A DNA stretch of 64,000 nucleotides from Takakia lepidozioides. Taxonomy: Eukaryota; Plantae; Bryophyta. The position numbers were made by a program, and so were the translations under genes. The notes under the pieces are model-generated. The model saw nothing but the letters and a program-made list of their open reading frames with translations. It made no database searches and was not told the DNA's origin. Positions 1-13,652 of this stretch are shown piece after piece (position 1 is the stretch's first letter; each line of letters begins with the position of its first letter). The DNA lies in assembly GCA_030704615.1 (NCBI GenBank), contig CM060733.1, positions 27,218,001 to 27,282,000 of the forward strand, given 5' to 3'.

Positions 1-1056
1 CTTTTCGAGGAAGTCATCTGATGATGCGTACATTGAGGTGGTTACATCTCCCAACGATCCCGACGGAACAATCCGCGAAGTTTTGGAGGTGAACGCTTCT
101 GGCCGGTCAGTGATTCATGACCTGGCTTATTACTGGCCAACGTTCACACCAATCACGGGTGCGAAAGATCACGACGTAACTTTTCACACTTTCCAAGTGC
201 ACAGGACATGCTGGATCGCGCATTGGGTATGACCTTTAAACAATTCGTCTGTTTGATTCTAGTCTGCTTACACAAGTTTAATATGCCTAGATTGGATGAA
301 GTCCTGAACAACATGGGTTAAATAGAATTTCTTCGTTATGTACGCTCCGTGGACAACATACATATCTCTCATCTCCAGAGGTTTGTTCGTTTTGTAGGTG
401 GGCTATTGTGAAATCCCCTGAGATGGCTAAAAAGATGGCGAAGTTTATTGAGATGACTACCATTGGTGTATCTCAAGATTCTCAGATTCGTGCGACTATT
501 ATGATTCGAGCTGTTGTGAGTGGTTACAAGCGGTCAACCTTAAGCAGGCCTCCTTCCGAGAACCTCACTTTGGACAGCGGAGACTCAGCTTCTTCAGTCC
601 ATATTGAATTGATGAAGAAAAAGCTATTTTTTCATTTTGGCAAGGAGGTGATGGAGGCTCGTTGGAAAGCAGTTCGATCTGCGTTACATGGCAACGCAAA
701 TTTTACCATCCCTGACTTCTCATCGCCTGCTTACTGCACCTTCATGGGGACGACGTACTTTACCAATCCAGGTAGGGTCCAGGTACTTGCATGAGAGTTC
801 ACGAAACTTTTTTGTTTTAAATTGCATTCTATAATAGATAAGTAACTCTTACATCGTACTGTGATGTCTGCTGGCAGCATTTCTATGGCTGAAGAGCAAG
901 GAGGAGGAAGACTGCCGGAAGGCCCTCCTCCGAGCAGGCATTCTTGCACGAGGTGGAGAAGCTTTTGGTGACTCCGCACAGTATTGCAGGGTGAGCTTGG
1001 TGGATCGCCAGCCTGCAGTTGATGCCTTGATTGAAAGGCTTGCCTCCCTACAATGA
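1..1056 (+). pseudogene. TAR: Tryptophan aminotransferase-related (TAA1/TAR, alliinase-family PLP enzyme), 3' part. Exons <1-226, 398-771, 878-1056. Frameshift at ~179, so either a pseudogene or a sequence error.
   Basis: Spliced translation gives YIEVVTSPNDPDG...IHDLAYYWPTFTPIT...DHDV/LFTLSKCTGHAGSRIG|WAIVKSPEMAKKM...IGVSQDSQIRA...FFHFGKEVMEARW...P|AFLWLK...RGGEAFG...RVSL...LIERLASLQ*, which matches TAA1/TAR motifs. GT-AG introns at 227-397 and 772-877. The frame changes at 179, just before the PLP-lysine motif. Confidence 0.9.
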
Positions 1057-1899
1057 CAGAGCAGGCAGATAACGTTCCCTCATGAAAAAATTATTAATGG
1101 GCAGGGGCCTTTTTCAGGTAGTCATGAGTCTAGAAATAGTCATGCCAAGTTCCAGGCAATGTCGATCCAGATTTAACTTGATCAGCCTATGATTGTTACT
1201 ACATTACAGTAGCTGAAACAGAAACTTTGTTGGCCGTCTTGTTTAGTTTCGACATCATTGGCATTTGGTCCACTTCAATAAAGCTTGCTTTCATTGAAGA
1301 GAACACTCCACACAGTCCGTTTTTAGTGCAGGTATTTTCTGGACAGGAAAAATTGCTTCCATGCGTGACTAGCTCTGAATGCACAGGTTGTGAAGGCGTT
1401 GTGAAATGCATTTTCTTCACAGAACTTTTGTCGACTGGATGAAAACACCCGTCTCTGTAGACATATGTGTCATCCTGCACGAGAATAGTTGGGAGGCCAA
1501 AACCCCAACCCCGTCTTTACTTGAGCAGACCCTGCTTGCAGCTCAAGAGTTTATGCTGCCTTCCGGTGTTCCGTTTGATGGCTTTGATTGGCCAGCTTTA
1601 GGTGTGGAGAGGATGGGGAAGTAGTTAGTATGCAGAACCGTCTTCCTTCCGGAATTCAGGTGGTCAGTCGGTGGACGGGTGAAGTGAGAGCTTCAAAAGC
1701 AGATCCGTCCTTGATCGACCTGCTCGATGAACTCCCCAGGAAGTTATCCTTGAAAGTCATCATCGCCGTCGTCAAGCTCCATCTCCATGTTGATAGGTTC
1801 GGTCAACCTCATTTTTTATCTTTTTATCATCTCCCACTGAAGAACCAAGGTCTACTGAACTTTAAATTGGGATATCTTCATTGAATACCACATCCCGGC

Positions 1900-2310
1900 T
1901 GATTCTGAGCCTTCCGTTGCTTCCTCAATCAGCCGGTAAGCTTTAGAATCCAGACTATACCCCACAAAAACACAGTTAGTGCTTTTAGCTTCAAGTTTGT
2001 CTCCAGGGTGGTGTGCATATTAAGCTGCCTGACATCCAAACACCCGAAGATGCCCAACCTGAGGCTTCTAAGTGGTCCACACAAGTAAGTTTCCTCGGCA
2101 TCTTCCCTTCCACCGATTTGTGCGAACTCCTGTTTTCCAGATAAACTGATGCTTAGCCTTCTGCCCAATACTTTAGACCCAAGCCTAAGTTGGTGTTGAA
2201 TCATACATCTAGCAGCCTCCATGCACAATGGTCCGATTCAATCTCGAGCTCTCATGCCACCCCATTCTGCTGAGGGTTACGTAGGGTGCAGTAGGTTGTT
2301 GTTGAGGTCC
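1900..2310 (-). mobile_element. Ty1/copia integrase remnant, highly degenerate
   Basis: The minus strand reads TAPY..PQQNGVA, NRTI, EAARCMI, LRLGIFGC and SKAYRL across frameshifts. Confidence 0.7.
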
Positions 2311-3047
2311 GTGAGCCTTCAGAAATGCTTAAAACTCTTGGAATTGTACTCTCCTCCATTGTCGCTTCTTCAAATTTTCAGCTTCTTTTCTATGTAGCTT
2401 TCAGCCAGAACTATGTATTCCTTGAACTTCATAAAACACTCCCCATTGCTAAATTTCATGAAAACAGAACATCTTACAAGAATAGTCATCCCTACCCTAG
2501 ACTACGAAAAAGTTGGGTACCATGTAGTAAAGGAGGGAGGTAACACATAACACCCTGTCTTTGTAGAATAATAGGGAGTGTGAGAACCGCGGTATAATAA
2601 CAGCTGAGACATAGAGGGTTAAGTAGTAACACTTCATAATTATGGAGGGAACACTTAGAGAGCCATAAACATCCCACACTTTTGTGGGACCCCATACACA
2701 CAGTCTGCCCTGGATAAATGTTACCTCTATAAACGTTAAACTACCATAAATGTTAAAGAAAATTTTACTCCCCTACTTGTGCACACTAGCAAATGTTAAG
2801 TGTTATTTGTTAACAAATGTTTACTCCCCTCTTTGTTAATTTGCCCTCCATAAATGTTAAGTGTACCAAAAAGGCTTCACCTAAGAGGAGAAAGTAGTAT
2901 AAGTTCCAACTAGATTATGATAAGGCTCCATCTTAAAACATAACCAATCAGAACAGAAAGTAAGTGGGAGGTAATACTAAAGTGAATAGATGAAGCAAGT
3001 GCATACGTATACAACATTTCGAGACTTGATAGCCAAGAGGTTATTTC

Positions 3048-3681
3048 CAGTGTTGGGCGGTTATTTATATTTTTTGCTAACAGGTTACATTGGAACTCAA
3101 TATTGAAATAACCTAGTAGGCCGGTTACTTCAATTTATTGACCTTCTAATATCCTGCTGGTTGCGGTTAAGATTTAAAAAGTAATATGGAATTATAGCTT
3201 AAACTAGTATCAATCATAAATATATTTTCAAGCCTGCACTAGTACAATAGAGCCGGCCTGTAGATATATTTTAGATATACACATGCATCTAGAATTATTA
3301 AATGGATTTCAAAAAATACAATGTCCTATCATAATGTTTCAATGTGCTTCAAAATATGAAGCCCTAGCAAGCTCAATCATGGATTTAGCCAAGGACTCAC
3401 ACCTCATAACCACCACTCATAACCTTAGGTTATTAGACCCAATATATATATTCAATATAACTGTGCACTTAAAAAATACCCAACCGGTTGTCTACATCAA
3501 TTTTTTAAAATTTTGGCCTCCACCGGTTACTATTGGGACTGGTTATTTGTATGCCTACACTCTGCCGGTTCCTAACGGTACCGGTTATTTCAAATTTTCA
3601 TCTCCTGCAGTTATATATATATATAACCGGATAGATAACCAACTGTTATTAGAGACAAGATTAAATAACCGCCCAACATTG
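3048..3681. mobile_element. hAT-type MITE, 634 bp
   Basis: TIRs CAGTGTTGGGCGGTTATTT and AAATAACCGCCCAACATTG. 8-bp TSD GTTATTTC at 3040-3047 and 3682-3689. Internal CCGGTT/AACC repeats. Confidence 0.9.
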
Positions 3682-4049
3682 GTTATTTCTGAGATACAAC
3701 GAATGTATGTTCAGCATTTTGAGAATTGACATGCAAGATGTTTTCCAAAGACGAGATCACTTTGTACCCCCAATTCATTTGGCCAGTTTGGGAAGGTCAG
3801 GCAACTCAACACTATGGGAAGAGCCAATCTATGGGGTCATGGGAGGCTTGGAGATGAAGGAAGTGGGTCAATGGGAGTAGACAAATGCACTCTAAGGTGG
3901 TTGGAGTGGCCAATGGGCTTGCAGGTAGGAGTGCATGCGAGTGTAGTTAAATATTCTTGAAATACCTATGCAGTTTTCTTTTTGGTTGTTGATAGGTAGG
4001 CGCACCCACATATGATTAGATAGATGTGTGGTACTAATAAGTTGATTAA

Positions 4050-5011
4050 CCCTTAAGAGCCCGCCATTGGGCAAATTTCACCCCTAAGAAAATAACCTCT
4101 AGTTCGTTAACTTAGGCTACACACCTACCCTATACATCCAAAAAAATGAACCTTACCAAGTTTATCTTGTCTACCATATACATCTACTCAAATTGTGGAA
4201 AAATTCACGGTAAATCATGAGAGATTTGTGTTTTAGTGAGAGGGTTTTTTTTTTTTGGGGGATTTTGTAAAGTATAGAATTTGAGCTTTGACCAAACTAT
4301 TTAGGTGATGGGTGGATTTTTCCTGTTCCTGTCTCCCACATAGAAATGTGATATGTTGTCATAGCCAACTAATGTGGAAGTTTCAAATCAAACAACCTTT
4401 CTTTTTAATAGGGTCCTTTGTATGTGTTTGAGGTGAGGGCAAAATATTTTCCATAGCTTACTAATTCAAAGTGAGCCCTCACAGGAAATCCACTCCTTGA
4501 TAAAAAGATGTTTCACTCAATTGCTATGATGAGGGTGTGACATGTAATACAATACAATAGTGAGCTTAGAAAAAAAGAAACTAGATCCACCGGTACAATC
4601 TACAAATGTGGGCCCCCAAGTGGGCCAAGTTACTTTCTTGCCCACATGCCTGCAAATTACCTATTTCGATAGAGGTTTTCAGCGACTGTTGAAGGGCCAC
4701 CTAGACTTTCAACTTCCATCTGCATATGGCAATTTGACGGCTAAACGTGTGCCAAGTATATCTCACCACGCAGATGGTCAACTCTGCGTGGGCCCACCCC
4801 ATGTTCCAATATTATGACCCCTGCGTTTTCTAGAAAATCTACATGTCAGAGAATTTATTAGAATGTACTGCTTTCAATCTGAGAAGGAGGGCCATGTTGC
4901 CAGAATATTAATTGTAGTTGAAACCATTGAAAAATATTAAAGATCTGCAAAAAATAGAGAAAAAAATTTACTTCCTCAAAACCTGAATCGGGTCTCTTGG
5001 GCCCTTAAGGG
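4050..5011. mobile_element. piggyBac-like non-autonomous element
   Basis: TTAA|CCCTTAAGAGCCC ... GGGCCCTTAAGGG|TTAA: TIRs match at 12 of 13 positions, termini are CCC/GGG, and TTAA flanks both sides. Confidence 0.65.
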
Positions 5012-6579
5012 TTAATAAAAATAAAAGACAACTCACAAACAAAGAGAGAATAGAATACATTACACTTTATTTCATAAGTGTTATTCTCATAATTTTTATG
5101 TAAATGTTAGGCCCCCGCCGCACCGGGCTGTTAGCGTAGAACACCTGCTAACGGTTAGCAGGCCCGTTTTCATAACAGTTGCTCCAACTAACAATATCCC
5201 TGCCACACCAACATTTTAGCTTAACATGTTTTAAGTGCATATTGTTAGTTTTAAACATGCGTTCGCCTGCCCTGCCCGACTTCCTCTCGCCATATTATCG
5301 CGCATCCTTTCTTTTCGCCATAGCCAAAGGAGCGACGAGACAAGACGAGACAAGATCATGAGCTAGGAGCACAATGCTGCACATTACTCAAGGCTTTCAA
5401 TGGCGAATGGGAATGGCGATGGCAGAGAATGGCGTGGGCATCTGCCCAAAAACGGCGCGCCTGTTTAGATTTAGCACTAGGGGCGGGGGTAGTGCTAGAT
5501 TCGCTCTAAAGTAGGAAGGAAGTTTTTAGGATAGATAACTATAGTTATGGCTAAAACATTTTAAACATGTTAGTGCGGCCGCAATTTTCTATGTAGCAGT
5601 AGTTAGTAGGAGTGTAGCAGGCGATAGCAGGCTGGTGCGGGCTACACTAACCCCTTCATAAACTGTTAATGTGTTAACCTTGTCTAAATGTTATTTTTTT
5701 CCTACTCCCGACTGTTAACATTTATCCAGGGCAGACTGTATGTCGGAAAAACTCTGTCGCCCTCGATGCATGGACACACTTATCCCAAATATAAGCCTGC
5801 TATCTTCACAGTTATCCAAGTTGGATGTGGGCTTTACTATGTGTCACAGACGTACAACTTTTGGCAGGACGTTGGGAGACCATCTGAAGGTGAAGTTTAT
5901 GTGATCGAAGATTGAATCAATCATATGGACATTGTTGCACACAGATCTTGCTTGGCCTTCTCCCTCTCCCTCTCCTCTCAGACCAAGCTTCAAAATTGAG
6001 TCCAAATCGATGCTTGAACATGTTCTTTGTATGTCAGTCCGTCACTGATCTCCTCCCCTCTCTCATGAACACAGCTGACTATTCCATCCTCCAGTATCTC
6101 AGTGTACACAAACTACACAGACCCACCACCTTGTGCACCCACAATGTAGTCAAAAGTATTTTATATATAAACCCATGGTACAGGTACCTGGAAACCGTAG
6201 TAGCAACAGTACTCTATCTATACAATACCACGACAGCCCCTTATTTTGTTGTGGTTTTCTTTTTCGAAAGGAGAATTAAGGGAAGCATAAGCCCAGAGAC
6301 CTTCTGGCAAAGCCCTCACTGCCCCCTCACTGAGCGGAGCGTTTGCGTCATCACACACTATTCCACTCGTACAATCTCATATACGAACTACACAAAAGAA
6401 TATTGTCGAGCTCTGGAAATTCTGGAAAATGCCAAGGCTGCTCGGAAGTTTCAGAGGTAGACTTCTCTATTTCCACTTGATCATGACTATTCAATTGAGG
6501 ACCCTGCAATGATCGGTCCAGCCTTGTCCACAGTTTCAGACGAACTGTGGGGTACCTCATTGCGTTTGATCACGACGAT

Positions 6580-8960
6580 TCAGTCATACAAATGGGCAGG
6601 CAACCGTGGCTCTGCAACAGCTTCCAGTGGTTGTACCCTGCCCAGTGTGATTCCGAAGTGTTCAGACATGTCCAAAGTGTTGGGGTCCTGCCCTTTTGGT
6701 AGAGACCAGTTGAAGCTCTGAAGAAGGCGAGCTAATACAAGATGCACCATGAGTAGTCCCAGGGACTGTCCCAGACATCCCCGTCTCCCGGTCCCGAATG
6801 GTATAAGCTGGAAGTGTTGGCCTTTTACATCAATCTCAGAATGCTCCACAAATCTCTCAGGTTCGAACTCGAGGGGTCTCTCCCAGATAGAAGGATCCCG
6901 CCCCATAGCCCACACATTGACGACCAACCGGGTTCTGGGTGGCAGATTGTAACCCGCAACTTGGCATGCCTCGCTAGACTCGTGTGGAAGCAGCAGTGGA
7001 GCGGGGGGGTGGAGGCGGAAGGTCTCCTTCACCACGACATTCAGATACTTCAAATGTGGGAGGTCTGATTCCTGGACAAGCCGACTGGTTCCCACCACAG
7101 CGTCCAGTTCGTCCTGTACGCGCTTCATGGCATCAGGGTGGCGCAGAAGCTCTGTCATAGCCCACTCTGTTGTGACCGAGGATGTGTCCGATCCAGCTTG
7201 CATCAAATTCTACATTCACATATAATTATAAATACACCAACATCAAAGATATGTCTCAGATCATGTAAACCAATTCTACTTCCTAACCCATCTCATATGG
7301 ATTTCCATTCATGAATCAAGAGCAGAGTAACACAATCAATCATGTTGCATCATGGAGACTGCATCCGTACCATTGCAACCACCTGGCGGCCCCCAGAGTC
7401 CCCTGAATTGTGTTCCCTGGCCTCAAATCAGAGTCAGTTCACGAAAAGCAATTCAGAATCTTACCAGGATCACGATTCGTATGGTTTCATCGGAGAGATG
7501 GCCCTTGCCATCTTCCGAAGGCATAGAGAGCAGAACGTCGACAAAGTCGGCAGTTGATCCAGTTTTACTCCCTGTACGACCAGTTGCCGCTTCTCTGTGT
7601 TCGTCAATCACTCGCTTGAAAAAAATGTCAACTTGGCCACTCAGATTCCTTATTGAGGCGTCGACACCTTGTAGCTTTGACACCCACCGTAAGCTGCGAT
7701 TGAGGTCGCCAATAATGAACTTCCCAGACCATCTCAGGAGCTGTTCAATAATACTCTTGAAGCTTTGCGCTTCTTGCTGGCTTTGTACGTCCTTCGTGAA
7801 GTACCTAAAAGTAGGAACCATGGTACAAAAAATCTCGCATCAATTGAAAGTTGGATTGTTTATTCATGAGCTTTGCAGCGTAATGCACATCAATGTCTCT
7901 TACTAAATTTGGTTCTGGGAAAGATTTATATGTTGGACAGAAAATCTAGTCCTTTGAAAAGTTATAAACAAGCGTAGATCATATATCAGGACTGGAGGCA
8001 TGAGTAATAGATTGAGCCGGGACTGAACTGTCAATCGGTACAAACAACATAGGACCTCTCAAGCATTGCACGATTTGATTTTCCTAGTTTGACAGTCTTG
8101 ATTCTTCCACAGACTTCGTCTTGAGTACAACACAGTCCTTTGGACAGCAAATAAATAGCCTGCGTACAGCAACATCTACTTTGGTTCGTTGAAGTGCACA
8201 AAACATTTGGACCTCCCAATCAAATTGCGTAACTTAACTTAAATTCATTTCACTAGAAGACCGCGTAGATCAACTCGCTCTCGAGGGACAATAAAATTCA
8301 GCAATTCCATGTTTGAACAGAAGTGAAATCAAGCTTTTGAGATTACCTTTTGTTCATCAGCATGCGCGTCATGTTGTTAGCACTGAGAGACCACAGCGTG
8401 AAATTAAGGTCCACCACTTTCCCCTCCTGCGACTCCTGAAGGATGATCTTGATTGCGGTCGTTATCTCTTCTGTTCTCCCAGGTTGGAACGAGTCCAAGC
8501 GTTTCTGAGTGAAGAGCTCAAGCAGGCACTGCTTACGCAAATGCTTCCACTCGGCGCCATTAGCCATCACCATCTTGGTATCGGGACTGATTATATTCGA
8601 AACCAAAGCGTCTGGTCGGTTGATAAACACTTGATCGTGGGTCCTCAAAAACTCTCTTGCCATGTCTGGGGAGGATGCAACGACAGTGTGCGTGGTTCCG
8701 AGCCTGAGGTACATCAGCGGCCCAAACTTCTGAGCCAGGTGCGCCAACGACTGGTGCGGCATGTGATCCAAGAGTGGAAGATTGCCTACGATCGGCCATG
8801 GGCGTGGTCCGGGAGGTAGTCCAGATGGCTTTCTCACGAAGAAATAGTGGATTGCTATTGCGCCGAGAATGCTGGCCAACACTAGCAGCCCAACACTGTC
8901 GTGAGCTCCCCAGTTGCTGTGCTGAGGTAGCTGGACGGATGCTTCCACGCTTCCTCTCAT
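6580..8960 (-). CDS. Cytochrome P450, CYP71 clan (A-type). Exons 8960-8347, 7804-7465, 7209-6580; about 527 aa, intact.
   Basis: N-terminal membrane anchor, LPPGPRPWPIVGNL hinge, WxxxR (WKHLR), I-helix AGSDTS, ExxR (KETFR), PERF and heme motif PFGTGRRGCLG. GT-AG introns join into one 1584-nt frame. Confidence 0.95.
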
Positions 8961-11900
8961 CTCGCTCTCCTCTTACTTTATCCACCTCGATCTCTATCCC
9001 TCTCTCCGCATCAATTTGGATCAATTTCGTGCTCTGCTGTCCACAAACCCTGCGCAATGCCGTACACTGAAGTCTGCAAAGCCACTTCTCAAAATCACGA
9101 GCTGTAATCCACAGCAAAGCAACGGATGTCGAGCTCCCGGGCAGCTCCGCAGCGAAACATCACACCACTTGTACACTCGCTTCTCAAGCGCTGCCCTGCC
9201 TCGCACAGCTTTTATGGCGCCTCTCTGCGGGGCACATGCGGAACTGATGCCATCCGTTGCCGTGCAAGGCCCCTCGTCGGTTCCAGGGACCTTCGGAATG
9301 TGAAGCAACCAACTTATCACAGTGTCGAGATCCCAAGCCCCGAAAAAGCTTTTTATATAAAATTAGAGGTAATATAAACAGCCAACTTTCATTGGCGGAA
9401 CTGAGTACATTGTCAGGGTGTGTAATCTTGTTCGTGTTGGCATAAGACAAGGTAGCAAGACAAAAATTAAAATTAGGCCGGGACGAATTTTCTCAAGGCC
9501 CACCACCTGCTTTCCTTCCACATAATGAATAGAGGAGCATCTATGTCAAGACGAATCCATCCTTCCACAGGAAGTGGATGAAAGTGGATGAGTGTTAATG
9601 TGTCCGTGCAGGCTTCACTAAATGATGGGGTTTTCTCCGGGGAACTTGGGGAGCCTAAAACTATGAGCATGGGAACACGCACGTGTTGTAATGTACTGCG
9701 ATCGTCTTTGTCGGACGCGTGATGCTCTTGATGGTCTCTCGAATTTGTGGTGACTAACTACTTATAAATAAAGTGAAGGATAAGAGGCAAAATGAGTCAG
9801 ATTTTGTTCACAATGTTAAATCGCAAAGTGGAATGAACACACAAAAATGAGATGCATGTTGCATGAACAAAAAGTTTAGATACATGTCACATGTCTCCAA
9901 GTTTCTTGGGATCACATGACCACCTTGTAGCGCGGACTTTCTGCTTTGGTGCAAACATCATACTTCATTTTTGTCTTCTTGCCACTCTCTGACCAATATG
10001 AGTTCACATGTTAGTTTAAGTTTAGGGTTCACAGGTTTTCGGGAGTTCTCTGTTTTCCTCCTCGTTTAGTTCACTTTATGACGTCTCATTTGCAAGTGTG
10101 CATTGGCATACACCTCCAAAACCATCGACTCAAAAAGAATGAGGTGGCCATGTGCAGCCATGCATGTTGTACCATATCACTTTATTTTCAAATTTTTGTT
10201 TGTTTTTCTGATTGCTTGTTCTTCATTTGGTTCATTGATGGAACTGTCCGCTAGACATGTGCGACCCTGTGTACCACCCCGAAACGCCAACACACACTTA
10301 TTCTGCAGTGTTTAATTTTTTTTTATCCCTAGTTTTGACAGGCTGAAAGACATATGTACGTTAATGCATACTTGTTGTGCAATAGCATAATCGGATTTTT
10401 TTTAATTATTTTTTTTTTAATCTGGTTTTGACATGGTCTGGAAAGCAATCGTGCATTAACGATTGCTTTGCAGCAGTCCAACCGGTTTTTTTTGTTTTTG
10501 TTTTTTTTTTGTCTTTGTTTTGTTTTGACGGGGGCCGGAAAACAACTGCGTTAAACGCACGCTTGCTTCCAATAGCCCAATGGGAAAAAAAAACAAAAAA
10601 CAAAAAACAAAAACACAAAAAAAAAACAAACAGTTTTAACAAGGATTGGAAAATAAGTGTGCGTCAACACACACTTCAGCAACCCAATATCTCTCCCAAC
10701 GTTTTACATCCACGAATTATTTACTTCTTTTGTGCTGTAAATTCATGAGGTGAAATTTTCTTGCCAAAAAATTTTGTTTCAAAGTTGCTGGATGGAATCT
10801 TTAGTGTACAACAAGTATGTAGCATCCATCCATTTTTCCCTAAAATGTCGGGACTTGTGCAGGCGGCGAACTGAAGGCAAGCAGGCTCGAGAGTCTTCCA
10901 CAAGCTGGACATGGTTGCTCTCAGTCTCTGGGCATAGAAGTATGACAGCTAGAGTTTAAGATTTCGACTGTATTAATGGTGGAAGCTCTTGCCATGGGAG
11001 TTGGCACAGTTTTGGGGTAGTGTGGCTAGATGTTGTGACAGGGGGAACGATGGCAATACGAAGGGAATGAAAAGACGGCGATGGGGATTTAAGCCAGGAA
11101 TAGAGAGTAGATGAGGGCTTTTTGGCTGGTAAAAGATGAAATGGGAAGCTGAGAGGAAAGAAGAAAAAGAGGGGATGGTTCCAGGTGCTCAAGTTGATTC
11201 CAGAAGAGACTATGTATGACTCGGTTATTCATCTTCTTTGGGGTTAATCTTACCTGGAGTATATTGATACATGGATAACTGACTTTCCACTGATCCTCAC
11301 CCATTCATTTCTGATGTTTATTATCCATTTTTTAATGTAGGATTTGTGGTTTAGCTCTAGGAATTATGTGTCACCTCTGAACTACTCTTTTCACTTTGCA
11401 TTGCACAATAGAGTACAACATCTTAGTAGCATTTCTCTATGATGGTTATGCAGCCCTAAGTCTCCTTATTGTGCGACCTTGCATTTTTCTAAGGATAAAT
11501 CCTCAAGTGACATAAGTCATAGAAGCATAATCTAGAGTATTTGGTCCCTGCTCATAGTGAGAGAAAAATGTTGGGGTTGGGGAGAGACAATGAGTTCATG
11601 AGCTTTAGGCCAGATAGGCATCCACCATATGAAGAAATTTGGGAAGGTGATAGAGGATATCCATGTGGTGCTTGCATTTGAAGACTAACCATGGGCAGCC
11701 TTTTTCCTGGGTGGTTTTTCTGAAGAATGTTTCAGGACGAAGTTGTAGTATGCAATCATGAATAAAGATTTTGCATCACGAAATGGTGTCACTAAGAATC
11801 ATGTCTGTGTTTTCTTCTTCCGCTACAACATAGGCAGGATCGTGTAAGAACCTCTGATCATGAACACTAGGTCATGGGTAGGATCTATGAGCGCCCATAT

Positions 11901-13652
11901 TTTCACACCACACCTTCCTCCAATCGGTTTTTCTATTTTTCCATATACTCGGGAATAGGGTCATACGGTTCAGATACCATCCACGGTTATAGGGTGTTTT
12001 TTACTATTCTTGAATCATCTTCCAGCTCAAGCACCACGAATCTTGTTTTGTTGTAGGCTCACCGCTCGCAGGCTCACGCGAGTCTGCTCACCAAATAGCA
12101 ATTCTGTCATTATATGCACCTAGGATCTTTCATGAGTCAACTTCTTGACTCATCAATCCCAATTCTCACATCGCAAAGACGATCAGTAGAGATCATTTCT
12201 AACAAGCAAACGACCGCTCCAAGGAAGAAGGTCGTGAAACTAGAAGCAACTAACTTGAAGGACGAAGGTGAGGAGAAAAAGTGTGGCGGTTCATGGAAGG
12301 TTCATGGAAGGATCATTGGGTTATTCATTTGCTAATGTTACGTGGCGAGATGCCAGATGTATTTTCCGCTTCACCAAAACAAGGTGAGTGTCGATACATC
12401 CAGCCACGATAGGATTTGTTCTTTGTGACTCGCTTATAACCGACTACGTGACACTGACTGGCACCGTCGAGAAGATTGTCTGGACTTGAGGCCCTTTGCG
12501 ATTAATGGATCATATGACACATATGTCTTTTTAGTTCTGCGATATGAAAGGGTTACAAGAGTAATGTAAAACCAGATCTTGAATTCAGGGCTTTAAGTTT
12601 TAGTTTGATGTACACATAGGTAGGACTAATCTAACCCAAAACTCTTCATGTCATTGGCTGGAGACCAATTGATTTAAGCCATGTTGTGACACACCGTAAA
12701 GACGATGCCCACGGAGCACTGCAAATTGACATGAGACCATGACACCATGATTGCATAAGAAAGTGAGCCAGAAAAAGAGCCAGGAAGTGTGTACATGTTC
12801 TGAACTTTGAACACATAATAGCCAGGATGTGTACATACCTTGTCCATTGATTGTGGTGAAGAAAAAAGGGTTGAATTTTTGGTAAACGATATGAAATACA
12901 TATTAAGATAAAGTCGAATTGGTGAAGGAGGTAAGAACCAGGGGCTGCATTTAGGATAAATGATTTGAGATTGATACTAAGAGAAAAAATTCTTGAAGGA
13001 CAATAACAATACATGGTAACACAAATATCTTTCCATTGGTTGTGGCAAAGAACCAAGCTTGGCTGAATCAATAGCAAATGATTATGAGTTCTAAATTCTG
13101 TGTTCTGAATTTGGGTTCCACATCATGAATGTACTATGTTTAGTTTGAGGACTCGAGGCTCTGGTTGGTTAATGAATCGCTAGGATGATTATGTGTCTCT
13201 TCAATGTGAGATGAAAGGGCAAGACTTTCATCATGATTTGTCTGGTTGTAAGAAACAGGGGTTGAGCAATTTAGGGCCCGGTGATTGCAGCCTACAGTGT
13301 CCATTTTTTGCTGTCACAACACTGGTTTTTCCAGACATAGAATAATGGTAAATTATCATACTCCTACATGACAATGCCATCAATAAAAATGGACTAACAT
13401 ATAGAGGCTCATCTACATATACTCACACTTTTAAATCTCATTATCAAAAACCAATATCTCTAGGTATTACGGACTTTTAAAAAGTCCATAAGGAATTGGA
13501 CAATCACAGTCTATAAAAAAAGACGTTATGGACTTTTTTTAATATAGGAGTTAAAACAAAGTCAAGAAAAAGGGAACTTGCTTTGGAGAATGAGGAATCT
13601 GGAATGAAAAATATCATTCAAAAATATGAAGTTATTCGTGTACTATTTTGAG

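Larger units (their letters stand above)
2701..5738. mobile_element. Non-autonomous Tc1/mariner (pogo-like) element carrying two nested MITEs
   Basis: Perfect 23-bp TIRs: CAGTCTGCCCTGGATAAATGTTA at 2701-2723 and its reverse complement at 5716-5738. Right flank is TA; left flank is CA, so the TA TSD is imperfect. Confidence 0.75.

Noticed and set aside
1-8960. TAR plus P450 as an indole biosynthetic gene cluster
   Set aside because: Only two enzymes, TAR is frameshifted, the P450 substrate is unknown, and there is no co-expression evidence.
10400-10650. T-rich/A-rich inverted arms
   Set aside because: Low complexity, with no definable TIR or TSD.
10720-11820. Possible Mutator/SWIM transposase remnant (GCPW- and CTxPD-like words on the minus strand)
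   Set aside because: Too degenerate to support without a search.
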